DNA of 64,000 nucleotides from Octopus sinensis. Taxonomy: Eukaryota. Under the pieces are notes generated by a model. That model worked only from the letters and a program-made list of their open reading frames with translations, did not search any database and had not been told where the DNA came from. The stretch is from positions 39,804,001-39,868,000 of the forward strand of contig NC_043013.1 in NCBI RefSeq assembly GCF_006345805.1, written 5' to 3'. Position numbers and translations under genes: made by a program. Shown here piece after piece: positions 1 through 15,230 of this stretch (position 1 is its first letter; each line of letters starts with the position of its first letter).

Positions 1-121
1 AAGGGTCACCGTCAACGTAATCTGTATCATCATCATCATCATCATCATCATTGTCGTCGTCGCCATTGTCGTCGTCTCATCACCGTCATCCCCTTCCTCG
101 TCATCATGACTTTAACTATTG

Positions 122-358
122 CAGTAATCCCTCGACTATCGCGGCTATTACGTTCCAAAATCCCCCGCAATAGATGAAAATCCGCGAAGTAGAAACAGTA
201 TTGTACTGTATATTTTTTATAATTATTTTTATAATTTGTATGTATTTATTTTACTATAAATGCAAAACATCACCACAGAAGAATCGACATAAGATTAAAT
301 AATAAACCGCGATTGGCGAACCGCGATAGGTGAACCGTGATATGGCGAGAGATTACTG
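122..358. mobile_element. Tigger/pogo-like (Tc1/mariner superfamily) MITE, 237 bp
   Basis: Left end CAGTAATCCCTCGACTATCGCGG and right end CCGTGATATGGCGAGAGATTACTG are imperfect inverted repeats. TA follows the right end; the left flank is TG. No coding capacity. Confidence 0.75.
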
Positions 359-1362
359 TAGCTTTCCTCGCGTTTTAATTCTTTCCTCAGCCACATCCCC
401 AGCAATTTCTTTTTCTCTGTGTAGTTTTGCTTCTTGCTCTCTCCACACCACCCCACGTCTCTTTCTCTCTCTCTCTCCCTCCCTCTCTCTCTCTCTTTCT
501 CGCTTTCCTATCTATTCATCTATCTACCTCTTTCGCTCTTACCTAGCTTCTTTCTCCTAATCCGTCCTATACACACACGTATTCTCACAGTTTTGCAACC
601 CCAGTAACTCACATACAGAGTGGGGGAGTGTTTTGTTTTATAGGTATTATTTCTCTTCTTTTCTCAATTCTGAAGAATTCTATTCAAAATAGAGGAAACT
701 CGACTCCCTGTAGCAAGACTACGTCGTGTAACTTTTTCTAATAATAAATTTTGCCAACTGAGACAGACCAGCAGCTGTTTTTTTTTTTCCTGCATACACA
801 CACGAATACACACAGACAAACACACGCACAAACATATATATACGTACATACATCTCTTACTCTCTATCTGAATATGTGTGTTATCATTTAACGTCCGTGT
901 TCCATGCTAGCATGGGTGGGACGGTACCACAAAAACCTGCACCAGACATGTATGACTGTTTTGGCAGGATTTGTACACCCGGATGCCCTTCGTAAGAGCA
1001 GAGTGAACTTAGTGATTTTTAAGTGGCACAAGCACAGGCGAGGTCAGCTTTGGCATGGTTTTTACAGCTGGATGAGCTTCCGAACACCAACCACTTTACA
1101 GAATGGACTGGGTGCTTTTAAGTGGCACCTGCACAGACGGGGTCAACAAATACTTGCAAGACAAAACAAAAAACTTTTAAGACGGCAGGAGGGATGGAGG
1201 AGGTGATGATGAAAAGGTTATAGTGAGACAGATACAGGTGTCTTGCTGTAAAGGAAGTACAAGGTTACACTGCTAGAGAGAGAAAGATCAGGAATGAAGA
1301 CAGAAACAGGTGTGCTACAGCAAAGACGTACACCTGTTTTCTCTGTGCAGGAGAAAAAAAAA

Positions 1363-1408
<46 letters not shown>

Positions 1409-1755
1409 AGACCGCAGGATAGAGAGGGTGGAAAAATGCCGTGTATATATATGTGCATATGTATAAATAATTATATATATGTATGTATGTATGTATACAC
1501 ACATGTATAAACCCATATGCAAAAATAAATAGATTCATAGACACAGACATACATATTGCCTTACATGTTTCTTCCACTAGACTATTGTTTCAGGGAAAGA
1601 CGGTGAGAGAGAGAGAGAGTGAGAGAGAGAGAGAGAGGAGGGAGCCAGAGAGGGGGGAGCAGAGAGACAGACAGACAGAAGTAGCCACACGTGACCTAGA
1701 AACTTTCTCGGACTAATATAACTACAAAGATGAGACTATTCAACAGTAAGTTATA

Positions 1756-1802
<47 letters not shown>

Positions 1803-1810
1803 ATATATAT

Positions 1811-1860
<50 letters not shown>

Positions 1861-2101
1861 ATAAATATATATATATATCAACATCAGATAAATTGAGAAT
1901 AGTCTTAGTTGAATGCTGGTCTAAATAAGAGACTCAGTGAAATTAGAAACGTTGAATTTCTATAATATAATTATATAATATACAGTCATATAATATAATG
2001 TAATAGAATATATTTTATATAAACATGCGCACATGCACACACGTACATAAACACACCCGTATATAAATGTGTCATATTTAAACACACACATACACACACA
2101 C

Positions 2102-2164
<63 letters not shown>

Positions 2165-2218
2165 ACATATAAATATATACATATATATATATATATATGT
2201 ATACATATAAATATATAC

Positions 2219-2249
<31 letters not shown>

Positions 2250-2375
2250 TATATATATATGTATATATTTATATATATATATACATATAAATATATACTA
2301 TATATATATATATTATATATATATATATATAATATATATATATACATATATATATATATACATATATATATATAT

Positions 2376-4140
2376 GGAGGGTGGAGCTGTAGTGGTGTGG
2401 CGCGCGGACCTCTATAGGGCCGAGGCTTTCCGCCAACTCAATGACACCTCCTTCTATTCCCCTCTGCCCTCTAACCCCACACGTAGCTACCAACAGACGG
2501 TATCCTCTACCGTCCAAGACCTCATCTCGTCCTCCTCTCCCCCGCACCGCATCCAACCTAATTGTGCGAACCCCACGTACCCCCACCATTTACTTCCTCC
2601 CCAAAATCCACAAACCCAACAACCCTGGCCGCCCCATCGTCTCCGCCTGTAACTGCCCCACGGAGCTCATCTCTAAATACCTCGACCGTGTCCTTGCCCC
2701 CCTAGTGGCATCTCTTCCCTCCCACATCCACGATACCAACCATGCTCTCCGGCTTTTCAACTCTTTCTCCTTTCCTCCCGGCTCCTCCAAAATCCTTTTT
2801 ACTATGGACATCCGAAGCCTCTATACTGTTATCCCTCACCACGAAGGACTGCAGGCCCTTCGACACTTTCTTGACCTCCGCTCTAACCCTGTACCTGACA
2901 CCTCCACACTCATTCGTCTGGCCGAACTTGTCCTTACTCTGAACTGCTTCTCGTTCGCGGGCGAGTTCTACCATCAGTCTCGGGAGTGGCCATGGGAACG
3001 CGAATGGGCCCCAACTATGCGAACCTGTTCGTTGGCTATGTTGAGGCCCAAATATTCTCTAATTTCACTGGTCCCACTCCTGAACTATATGGTCGTTATA
3101 TTGACGACATTATCGTGCCACCTCACTCTCCTGCGAACATCTAGATTCCTTCCTCTCTTTCGTCCAATCTTTCCATCCAGCCCTCCACTTCACTTCCACT
3201 ATCTCCAACACCTCTGTCTCCTTCCTCGACATTTCAGTTAGCATTCTTCACTCCACTCTTACCACCTCCATTCACTACAAACACACAGACTCACACTCAT
3301 ACCTCAACTTCTCTTCCTCCCACCCAGAACACACCAAGCTTTCCATCCCCTATTCCCAATTCCTCGCGTCTACGTAGGCTCTGTAGTGACGACCATGACT
3401 TTGATACTCAGTCTCAACGTATGGCTCACCACTTCACCCTACGTGGATACCCCCTCACCACTATCCACACCGCCCTTGCCAGAGCACGGTCCGTGGACCG
3501 TGTATCTGCTCTCTCTCCCCGAACCCGCCCTGTAGTCTCCCGCCTCCCTTTTCCCCTCACTTACCACCCCACGACCCTACGTCTCCAACGCACCATTCTT
3601 CGAGCTTTCCGTCATCTCCAGTCCGACCCGTCCACTTCACACCTCTTCCCTAACCGACCCCTCCCCTCTTTCAAACGAGCCCACACAACCTTCGAGACCT
3701 TTTGGTACATAGCTCCTTCCCTGACCCTACCTCCCAACCCGGCTCGTTCCCCTGCTCCCGCCCACGTTGCCGCACTTGCCCTTACCTCTCCAACACCACC
3801 CGCCTCACTAGCACCCACCATCGACCCTATCCCATCATCCACTCCTTCACCTGCACCTCCAGCAATATTATCTATTGCATCTCTTGCTCTCTCTGCAATT
3901 CCTTGTACATCGGACAAACGGGACGCCGCTTGGCTGACCGGTTCGCGGAACACCTTCGTGACATCCACCTTGCGAACGACACACCGGTCTCACGCCATTT
4001 CCGCTCCACCGGTCACTCCTTGCAACACCTATCTGTGTTCGGTTTGTCCTTACACAGAGGCCATCCGGATTCCCGTTTGCGCCGCGGTGAACGGAATTAA
4101 TCTTCTCTCTTCGCTCTTATACGCCATTTGGTCTCAACTC
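2376..4140 (+). pseudogene. Frameshifted PLE RT/GIY-YIG reading frame
   Basis: ORF-track pieces 2197..2652, 2441..3241, 3421.. and 3702..4100 join into one PLE protein across about six 1-2 bp indels. Confidence 0.9.
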
Positions 4141-5009
4141 TCCCCCCCTCCTCATCTACCACCCCCCTCTCCCACCTCCTCACCTATCCTTTCTCCCCCC
4201 GACCCCTACTTCTTCAGTCCTTCATCCTTTCACCCCTACTCGCCTTCCTTCTTCCCTCTTTCTCCCTCCCTCTTCCCCTTCCTCTGCTCCCTCACTCCCT
4301 CTCTCTCCCCTCTCCCTCTTTCCTCCTTCATCCCCCTCCTCCCCTTCCTTCTCCCCCTTCCTCTCCTCTTCCCTCTTCTCCTCCCCCTCTTCTTCCCCTC
4401 CCCTTTCTCCCCCCCTCTTCCCCCTCCCCCTCTTCTCCCCCTCCCCCTCTTCTCCTCACTACACCACATGACTTTACACATCACATCACATATGATGTGC
4501 CATACTAATACACACACAACTAATACATACTAATACGTACTAATACATACTAGTACATACTAATACTTACACCAACCTATACATACACACGTCCAGACCC
4601 CGCATACGCACTTATACTCTCTCACACACACACACCACACATACCTATACATACCAATACGTACTAATACATACTAATAATACTAATACATACACCAACC
4701 CCATACATACGCATGTCCAGACCAATCTTACGCACTAATACTCTCTCATACACACACACACACACACACACACCCTTATACATACTAATACATACACCAA
4801 CCCTATACATACACACATCCAGACCCCTCCCACGCACTTTTAGCTGGTCCCTCAACCCATTTATCAACCCTATTATCTCCCCTTATTTCGCTCTCGCATC
4901 TCATGTTTGATCTTTGACCTCTGGCCGAAATCAGATCGCCATGTTGATTCGTTAGCTACTGCACGCATTTTTTTCTCTCCTTCTTTCTGTGTTTTTCTCT
5001 CTCTGTGTA

Positions 5010-5047
5010 TCTTTCTGTTGAAGAGCGTAGGCTCGAAACGTTAAAGA
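5010..5047 (+). ncRNA. Minimal type I hammerhead-like motif with variant core in the PLE 3' repeat
   Basis: UCUUU-CUGUUGA-A-GAGC(GUAG)GCUC-GAA-ACGU-U-AAAGA. Stem I UCUUU/AAAGA, stem II GAGC/GCUC, palindromic ACGU stem III. A6 is replaced by U. Confidence 0.6.
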
Positions 5048-5325
5048 CTTGTTTTATTTATATTTCCTGAGCGCCATACTAATACAATTGTTCGTTTGTT
5101 TTCCACCTGCCTTCGTCTTTTGTTTATTTTCATAAAGCTTCCCGTTATATATATATATATACATACATATATATATATATATATATACTTAAATGCCGAT
5201 CGATGAATATGAGTGCTTAGCTGCGCATTGTTGGGACAGAATGTCTTTATTTTTGCATTAAGGCTACCATTGGTTTCCTGCTAGGAAAAATATATTAAAA
5301 TTTTAATCATTCAAGCCGATCACAT

Positions 5326-5630
<305 letters not shown>

Positions 5631-7090
5631 CACTGTGCGATGGGACAATTGTCGCGATTTTATATTATTTATTTTGCTCATGCGCTTGTTTGTTTTTGAT
5701 TTTGTCGTCTACACACAGTATAGTAGGGTCAGTTGGGCACTATCTGTGAGAAAAACAGCAACATGACGCAATTTACCCTGCCAAAAATTTGGAAACGACA
5801 TGCTATATTGCTTGGTATTCGCGCCGGAAGCTCCCAATACGTACATTTCAGAGTTTTTGGGTGTCAATCTGAGGACAATGCAGAGGATTCGGAAAGAGTT
5901 GGATGAGTCTAATGGTGATTACGTATGTACGGCCGTTCTGATTAAAAAAGAACTCCTGAATTTGTTGGTGTGATCCAGAAAATGTCTGATAACGATCCCT
6001 CTAATTCAATCAGGTTCATCGGCAGGGACATGGGAGTGTCTGAGTTTCTTATCAGGCAGCGAGCTGGCAGAATTGTTAGCACGCTGGGCGAAATGCTTAG
6101 CGGTATTTCGTCTGTCGTTACGTTGTGAGTTCAAATTCCGCCGAGGTCGACTTTGCCTTTCATCCTTTCGGGGTCGATAAATTAAGTACCAGTTACGCAC
6201 TGGGGTCGATGTAATCGACTTAATACCTATGTCTGTCCTTGTTTGTCCCCCTCTATGTTTGGCCCCTTGTGGGTAATAAGGAAATAGGTAGCGCATGAAG
6301 ACATTTGGTAATCCTCATACAAAATGAGACAGGACAATTTCTATTTCAAGCCATCAAAAACAAGAGTAAAACCGCGCTACGAAGCTTTTGAACGAACTCA
6401 AGCATCCTCTCCAGCCGAACATGCTTTGGTTTTTTCCTCAGATGAGAAAGATTCTGCCAAGATCTGATGGTGAACACAGAACAACCGTTGACTTGTCGTT
6501 GCTCCCAAATCGTACCGAGAGTGATAAAAATCAACATCAAGGTGTTTAGAAGTGATCACTAGTAATGGCGATGTTATGCCTCCATTCATCTTCACACATG
6601 GCCTCACAATCAACACGAAGGCCTACATCAAGTGCCTGGAGGAAGTAGTGCTGCCCTAGGTCAAGAAGGTGGCTGCTGAAGACCCTATATCTGGCAACAT
6701 GACTCTGCACCATACCACACAGGTAGGAGAACCCAGTCATGGCTGTCATTAAATTTCTGCGACTACATCACCCCTAACATCTGGTCACATAACTTCCCAG
6801 ACTTCAACCCCCTTGATTATTGGGTGACGCGCAGTTGAGCTAGAGGTCAACAAATTTCCTTGTAACACCAAAGGTGAACTGAAGGCAAGGATTATGGCAA
6901 CATTCACCAACATAAAAAAGAAGACCACCCAGAAGAGTTGCAGGAAATCCTGAAGTCATCTGGAGGCCGTGGTTGAAGCCAATGGCGATGTTATTGAATA
7001 AATTTACTCTTTAATATTTCAAGATATGTTTATGTAGTCTTGCTAAATATATCAGTTAAAATGAGATGTCAGTGATAAGTTTCATTTTTG
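5631..7090 (+). mobile_element. Decayed Tc1/mariner (maT/DD37D-like) transposon interrupted by a SINE
   Basis: Broken frames give YKMR.GQF, WFFSDEK, WQHDSAPYHT and NFPDFNPLDY (third catalytic residue D). Many stops and frameshifts. No matching right TIR found. Confidence 0.8.
6055..6288 (+). mobile_element. tRNA-derived SINE, family A (GGCGGCGAGCTGGCAGAA head)
   Basis: B-box-like GAGTTCAAATTCC. The shared body GGTCGACTTTGCCTTTCATCCTTTCGGGGTCGAT occurs more than 10 times in the window. Confidence 0.9.
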
Positions 7091-7314
7091 CATGTTCCTA
7101 CATGCGTACGTACATCTTTCATCTATTAACTTTTACTTGTTTCAGCTATCCGACGGCGGCCAGGTTGGGGCACCACGTTAAAGGCTTTTAGTCGAACAAA
7201 TCGACACCAGGACCCACTTCTCAAAGTTTTGTACATATTCTATCTGTCACTTTTGCCAAACCGCTCAGTTACGGGAGTACAAATACGGACACAAAGGCAC
7301 ACGCACATACATAA

Positions 7315-7350
<36 letters not shown>

Positions 7351-7508
7351 TATGTGTGTGTGTGTATGCATTTATATATACGTGTGTATATATATATATA
7401 TATAACGAATGTATGTATGTATGTATGTATGTATGAATGTATGTATGTATGTATGTACACATACTTATGCTTGTGTGTGTAGTTAGATAAATAGATAGAT
7501 AGATAGAC

Positions 7509-7568
<60 letters not shown>

Positions 7569-7577
7569 GGATAGATG

Positions 7578-7634
<57 letters not shown>

Positions 7635-7856
7635 AAAAAGCTTTCATATGTATTGATCTTTATTAATGAATGGGTCGCAGGTTCGTGGCACGAAAATTTT
7701 GACACCATAATAGAAATAAATAAATAAGTGATGTTAACAGCCTTTATGTGTCTCTGAATGGGTAACTTGTGTCTTCCACGCAGCAATCACACGCGCGCGT
7801 GCACGCGCGCATTTCTGTATGTATGTATGTATGTGTGTATATATATATATATATAA

Positions 7857-7890
<34 letters not shown>

Positions 7891-7901
7891 GCATGTATAA
7901 T

Positions 7902-7935
<34 letters not shown>

Positions 7936-8288
7936 AATATATATATATACATATATATGTATGTATATGTACATATATATATATGTATGTATGTATGTAT
8001 GTATATGCATTTATATGCATATATATATGCATTTATATGTATATATATATATATATGCATTTATATGCATATATATATATATATATGCATATATATATAA
8101 ATATACCTATATATATATATATATATACACACACATACACACGAATATATGTATATGTATATATATGTGTGTGTGTTTGTGTGTGTGTGTGCGCGCGCGC
8201 TGTGCATGTATGCATATAGAGAAAAGTAGAAACTGTCAGACAGACAGACGGACAGACATACTGATAGATAAACAGACATACAAATATT

Positions 8289-8350
<62 letters not shown>

Positions 8351-9353
8351 CTGACCGACATTAATATGTCTACACAAAATTCCATTCACATCGACATAGA
8401 TAAACATAGAGACACGTATTCACATCCACAGATACACATTTACATCTGAAGATTTACACATACGAAACACACATTACTGATGCATACATCTATTTTAGCC
8501 ATTTGCTTTAAAGAAACCTCACTAAAACACAAAACACGTCTCCTGTATTTAGAACATTGTCCTTACTGCGAGCCTTCATTCTACGTGATGCTTAGGATAA
8601 TAGCTTCCCTTACAAATTGCATGTATTGGGCCAAATTACTGACTAATAAACCTTCATATGAAAGAACTAGGATGTTATTTAAACATAACTATATTCTTTA
8701 TTTTCTTTCATTTTCTCTTCTGTTTCTTCTTTGCTTTTTTACTCTGTTTTTCTGTTTAGTGGCAAGATACGTTAATTGGAAGAAATCAGACGATGAGAAT
8801 CAATATATCGCTATGTTTCTTAAATGGTTGGCGAAACATTCCACATGAGTTCATATTTCGATTGTACTCGATCCCCATTCACATGAAATCTTGGATAACG
8901 AATTACCAGTACAGGCCGAAGATAATAGGATTAGAGGAGCTTGCAGAATTAACCGACCCTCACCGTATAAACGCCGGCCATTTTCTCCAGAATTGCCGTG
9001 CTATTCGAACAGACGTTTCTAGTAACGATGTTCAAGTAGATATATCGAGGTTTTCGTGTCATCCACTTATTCGTGTTTTATACTAATTAACCGAACAAAA
9101 AGGGGCTGCTAAACTATGTATGCAAACAACAAAGGATCTAATTATCTAGATCTGTCTTTATCTATCTGTTAATCTTTGTCTATTTATATCTATCTATCTA
9201 TACGCTTGTCTGTATTTTTCTATATCTATCTGCACAGATGTTTATGCAGATTGACGGAGAAATGGATGGATATATAGACGCGCTACACACACACACTCAT
9301 ATATACACACGTACAGGCACATGAAATGCACACGCACGCACACACACACAAAC

Positions 9354-10150
<797 letters not shown>

Positions 10151-11195
10151 ATGGGAAACATATACATACATTTTCCGCTGATTACACAAACCAGAAAGAA
10201 AAATATAATGGAATTATGTGAAGGTTTCATGCATTTATTCGAACTGAGCCTTTACAATGGCGTCACTTTGAGCTTCCTTCAGTGTTCATTTCATGCTCTG
10301 AATCACATTCAGGTACGTTCATTAACGGGAAATAGAAGTGAAAATATGTTTATGTGAATATAATTTAAGTGAGTATATAAGTGTATGTATGAAAAAAATG
10401 CGATAGGTGCCTGGGATGCGTATACGTTGAGTGATACATAACAGGGCTCCGCAACCGATATATCGCGGTATACTGGTGTACCACGAGACGATGCTAGGTG
10501 TGCCGCAGTGTAAACTGAATATCTTTTTTCCCTATATTTTTACTTCAGGAGCGCCGCCTAATTTTGAAAAGAATGTAAGTGTACCGCAAGTGGAAAAAGT
10601 GGATGCTCTCTTTGTATCAAACGTACGCACTTTTATTGATAAGAAATAAATTGTTTCAACAAGAACTGTGATTTACTCTATTAAGAAAGAAACTCTACAC
10701 TATTTGTCCTCTATCTCTAGAATTAAAGATACTGCACTGTCGACAAGAAGTGTCAATTTGTCCATAGCAAAGGAATGCTGCTCCTTGTATCTTCTATCGC
10801 TTAGTCTAAAGACAATGGTGCTAATTATTTGTTCTCTAACTAAAATAGACTCGAGATTTACATCATGGGAATTCACCGATTCCTTTTCGTCAAATCACGT
10901 GTGGATGACGCTTGCCTGGAAGTTTATGAAGAATGGAATGTCGGCATTATCCTGCATAAAAGCATTTGTGGTTAGATGTAATGACAAAATAGGCTGCTAA
11001 TGAAGAGGAACAATCGTATGAGAGACAGAAGTTTAGGTCCGACGGAGCGATCCGGTAGGAATTTCCCTACAATAGATTAATTTCGCGTATGTATTATCGC
11101 TGCTACATTTGCTGCTGCTACTGGTGCTGCAGTTATTATTGTTGTTGTTGTTGTTAAGGCAGTGAGTTGGCAGAATGGCTACACGTTAAATTTAA

Positions 11196-11790
11196 GGCGG
11201 CGAGCTGGCAGAAAAGTTAGCACGCCGGACGAAATGCTTACCGGTATTTCGTCTGCCCTTACGTTCTGAGTTCAAATTCCGCCGAGGTCGACTTTGCCTT
11301 TCATCCTTTCGGGGTCGATAAATTAAGTACCAGTTGCGCACTGGGGTCGATTTAATCGAATTAATCCATTTGTCTGTCCTTGTTTGTCACCTCTGTGTTT
11401 AGCCCCTTGTGGGTAGTAAAGAAATACGAATAGCTACACATTAGATAAAATTCTTAGTAAATTTCTTTCGACTCATTACGTTTTGAGTTCAAATTCCGCC
11501 GAGGTCGACTTTGCCTTCCTTCTTCTCGGAGTCAATAAAATAAGTATTAGACATGTACTGTGGTCGATGTAATCGACTTCCCTTTCCCTTCACAACTCGA
11601 GTGGAATAATTTTTTTTTTTTTTTTTGCTGTAGTTTCAGCTCATAGCTGCAGCCATGCTGATGCACTGCCGTTGAAGGATGAAAAGCAAAGTGAATCTCG
11701 GCGGAATTTGAGCTCAGAACATAGGGACAGGCGAAATGTGCAGCTAAGCATTTTGCCTGGCGTGCTAACGATTCTGCCAGTTCTCCGCCT
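11196..11790. mobile_element. SINE family A cluster (one full + copy, one partial + copy, one - copy)
   Basis: Matches the 6055-6288 copy. Confidence 0.85.
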
Positions 11791-12559
11791 TAACGATTAA
11801 TCTTTTTTATATTTTTATATTTTTATTTCGATTCTACTTATTTAGTTGCTTGTTTTTTTTTTTTTTGTTCTTCAAACGCACCGGTTTTAACAGTTTCCAC
11901 GCCGACGTAATTCGGCACGAAAGAAACGCACGCGCAAACACAGTCAGTAAGAAGACCTTTGGCCTTTTTGTATAAGTAATACGAACAATGATAAATCGTC
12001 ACATGCACGGAGAACAGCGAAAATCAAAGCAATGACATACATATTCGTACTTGATACTTCCCGGCAAATTAGAATGTGGATATACTAATTGATGTTATAT
12101 TTTGTCTCCGGGGACAAACTTCTCCTATGGAGCAAACAAGATATTCATTGATCCAGAGGCATGCTTGAATAAAGAGACACAAGCAGTCTGAAACACCGCA
12201 GAGTCTTAACGTATTCTTACCTCAATGAATAAAGTGTGTTGTGAAGAGACATTTCTGAAAAGCAAAGTTACTTCTCTATACACAAAATATAAGAGTGATC
12301 AGCATATTCACGCTCTAATATACTGAGATGTATTAAGAATTAATATGTAAGACATCGTTAATGTAGCGAGCTGGCCGAATCATTAGCACGCCGGGCTAAA
12401 TGCTTAGTGGCATTTCGTCTGTTTTTACGTTCTGAGTTTAAATTGAGTCATGATTGACTTTGTCTTTCATCTTTTTCCCATTTTCCGAAATTGCTGGTTT
12501 GTTCCAAGATTTGAACCACTATGTCAGTCCAGTTTTATATTTAAGAGATGAGGAATTAT

Positions 12560-13815
12560 GTACATTATTTACATATTTAGTAACCAGAGTATGGTTACTT
12601 TCTCGTTTCTGTGACTTTTTCTGGCGTGTGCCTATACCATCTTATTTTCTGTTGTTATTCCATAGTGTTGGCATAGCTTCCAGTGTATGCAGGTCCCAAC
12701 TCTGTCGTGTCTGTGAATATATTCCTTCTTAGCCAGGACTGGGCAACCAGAGATAATATGATTTATTGTTTCTTGTCCATCTCCACATATTCTGCAGTTA
12801 CTTGTTATGTTTCTTTTCATTATATATTTTTGGTAATTTCTGGTGGGGAGGCTTTGGTCTTCTGCTGCAATTAAAATTCCTTCAGTCTCTGCTTTGAGTC
12901 CTGAGCTTCTCAACCATTGCTGGTATTTTTCTTTGTCTATTTCTTTTGCATTTAGTTTTGACCAGTATTTGCCATGAAGGGGCTGTTCTTGACATCATGG
13001 TCCGTTGTTGTTGTAGTTTTAGTTTGGATTTCATTTGTTTTATAGCTTTTGTTTCTTCTTCTTCTTCTTCTTCTTCTTCTTCTTCTTCTTCTTCTTCTTC
13101 TTCTTCGTCTTCTTCTGCATATTTGTTAGGTAGTATGACTTCTTGTTTGTATTTGTCATCTTCATTAAATACTGCAAACAGTTTTTTTTTGTTTTCCTTG
13201 TGTTTTGTGGCTATTTGTATTAGTTTTCCTTGCTTCTGAAGTAGGTATTTTCGAAGTCCTATGGTGGTTATTTTATAATAGTTTTCTAGCTGTATAAGTT
13301 CTCTACCACCTTCTATACGTTGTATAAATAGCCTTTCTATGTCAGATTTTGGGTGGTGCATCCTAGATCCTGTCATTATTTTTCTTGTTTTCCTGTCTAT
13401 TTTGATTAGTTCATTTAGTGTCCAGTTAAGCATAATGTAGCTGTAACTTATAACTGGGACAGCTAAAGTGCTAATGCCTATTATCTTGTTTTTAGCATTG
13501 AGCGCTGTTTTCAGTATTGATCTAACTCGTCTATAGTATTCTTTCTTTATTTTCTTTTTCGTTTGTGTGTGTTGTATCATATCTAGTTCATTGATTCCTA
13601 AATATTTGTATGTCTGGCTTTGGTCTAATTTTCTTATTCCATTGGCTTTATCTAGTGTGACGTTGCTACTATTAACTAGTTTTCCTTTTTTCAGGGTTGC
13701 TTTGGCACATTTTTCTAATCCAAATTTCATATCTATTTCTTTGGTAAATCTATGTACTGTCTGTTGTAGTGTTTCCAGCCGTTTATCATTTGCAGCGTAT
13801 AGTTTTAGTCCTCCA

Positions 13816-13816
<1 letters not shown>
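12560..13816 (-). mobile_element. R4/Dong-clade non-LTR retrotransposon fragment (RT C-terminus + CCHC/RHD region)
   Basis: KFGLEKCA, YKYLGI, GLKAETEG.LIAA.DQ.L.TRNY, CRICG...ETINHI.SGCP.LA...Y..RHD. Confidence 0.9.
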
Positions 13817-13853
<37 letters not shown>

Positions 13854-13869
13854 TATTATTATTATTATT

Positions 13870-15230
13870 CAGGTCACTGCCTGGAATCGTACTCAAAATC
13901 TTGGGGTTAGCAGTGATCAGTTTGTCGAGTTCCTTGAGGACATTACTCAGATCACTGACAGTGGCTCATGGGTGGATGTTGTCTACCTTGACTTTGCTAA
14001 GGCTTTTAATTCTGTGCCACACAAAAGGCCTATGGTGAAACTCTCTGCAATGGGTGTGAGGGATGATCTTTTTAACTGGTTGAAATCCTTCATTCTCAGC
14101 CGAAAGGAGGTAGTCACAGTTCTAGGACAGCATTCTACACCATATGAGATGTCATCGGGTGTACCACAGGGATCTGTTCTTGGTCCCCTCTTGTGTGTGG
14201 AATACATTAATGACATAGATGCCAATTTAAAGAATACCACAGTATTGAAATATGCAGACGACATCAAGCTGTACCTTGAAATCAAGAGGACAGATCCTGA
14301 TATCTACAACTCTTTCCTGCAATCAGACCTGGACACAGTGCAGCAATGGATCACGGACTGGCAACTGAAACTGGCTGTGGACAAGTGTACCACCATGCAT
14401 TTTGGGAGAAAAAACCCTACGTCCACATACTCCCTCCACAACACTGATATCAAGAAATCCTCTTGCGAGCGTGACCTAGGCATCACTGTCAGCAGTGATT
14501 TGCGTTGGACAAAGCATATCTCTAAAATTGTCAAAAAGGCCGAGGGTGTCTTGGCATCACTCAGCAAGACTTTTGTTAGCCGCTCTCCAGCCATCTATTT
14601 AAAGCTGTCTACAGCTATGGTACGACCACACTTGGAATTTGCATAATCAGTTTGGAACCCCTATCTTGCTCAGAACATTGGCCTCCTGGAATCTGTTCAG
14701 AGACGTGCAACCAAACGCATACCCTCCATCAGACACCTACCATACTCTGAGCGCCTTGTTTCCCTGGGCATGGATTCACTGAAGCTCCGGCGTCTGGCGA
14801 TGGACTTGGTAAAAACCCACAAAGTTATCAACCACCTCACCAACAACAACACTGAACACCTTTTTATCTCCATGTGTCCAACACACGTGGACATGCCTAC
14901 AAAGTCAGAAAACAGCACAGCTCCCATGACTTTCGGAAACATTTTTTCACGCTCAGAGTTGCTGAAACATGGAACAAACTGCCTGCGTCAGTTGTTGACT
15001 GCCATGACACTGCATCCTTTAAGGCCCTCATGCTTTCCGAAATCCGCCGAAACTACACCTGATTGTCCCCCTTCCATACTCATACACATATGTGTATGTT
15101 ATGACTCATGCACTGTTCTTTTCCTGACGCTTGTACATTACCCTATGTACTATACATACACTTTAGATGAGTTGTAGTGCACCTGAGCACTGTACACAAT
15201 GTTTTATTATATTATTATTATTATTATTCA
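13870..15230 (+). mobile_element. 5'-truncated CR1-clade LINE (RT domain + 3' UTR)
   Basis: VDVVYLDFAKAF, SGVPQGSVLGPLL, YADD (14251-14262), ERDLGI, VRPHLEF. Flanked by (ATT)n on both sides. Confidence 0.92.

Larger units (their letters stand above)
2376..5145 (+). mobile_element. 5'-truncated Penelope-like retroelement (RT + GIY-YIG endonuclease, C-rich spacer, 3' terminal repeat with HHR motif)
   Basis: PLE motifs [51 protein letters not shown] (3097-3108), FLDI, YKHTDSH, CxxxRCxTC, IYCISCxLC..YIGQTGR.LADRFAEH and LIFSL...PFGLN. Both ends abut (TA)n. Confidence 0.95.

Noticed and set aside
8480-9086. ORFs of 122 aa and 97 aa after a pyrimidine-rich AG at ~8759 (possible exon)
   Set aside because: No recognisable domain, a weak donor site, and no partner exons found.
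10441-10610. Possible hAT/Charlie-type MITE starting CAGGGCTCCGCAACC
   Set aside because: I could not find a convincing matching TIR or an 8-bp TSD.
10668-11000. 110-aa + ORF, with a protein-like antisense frame containing one stop
   Set aside because: No motif recognised in either frame; it needs tBLASTx.
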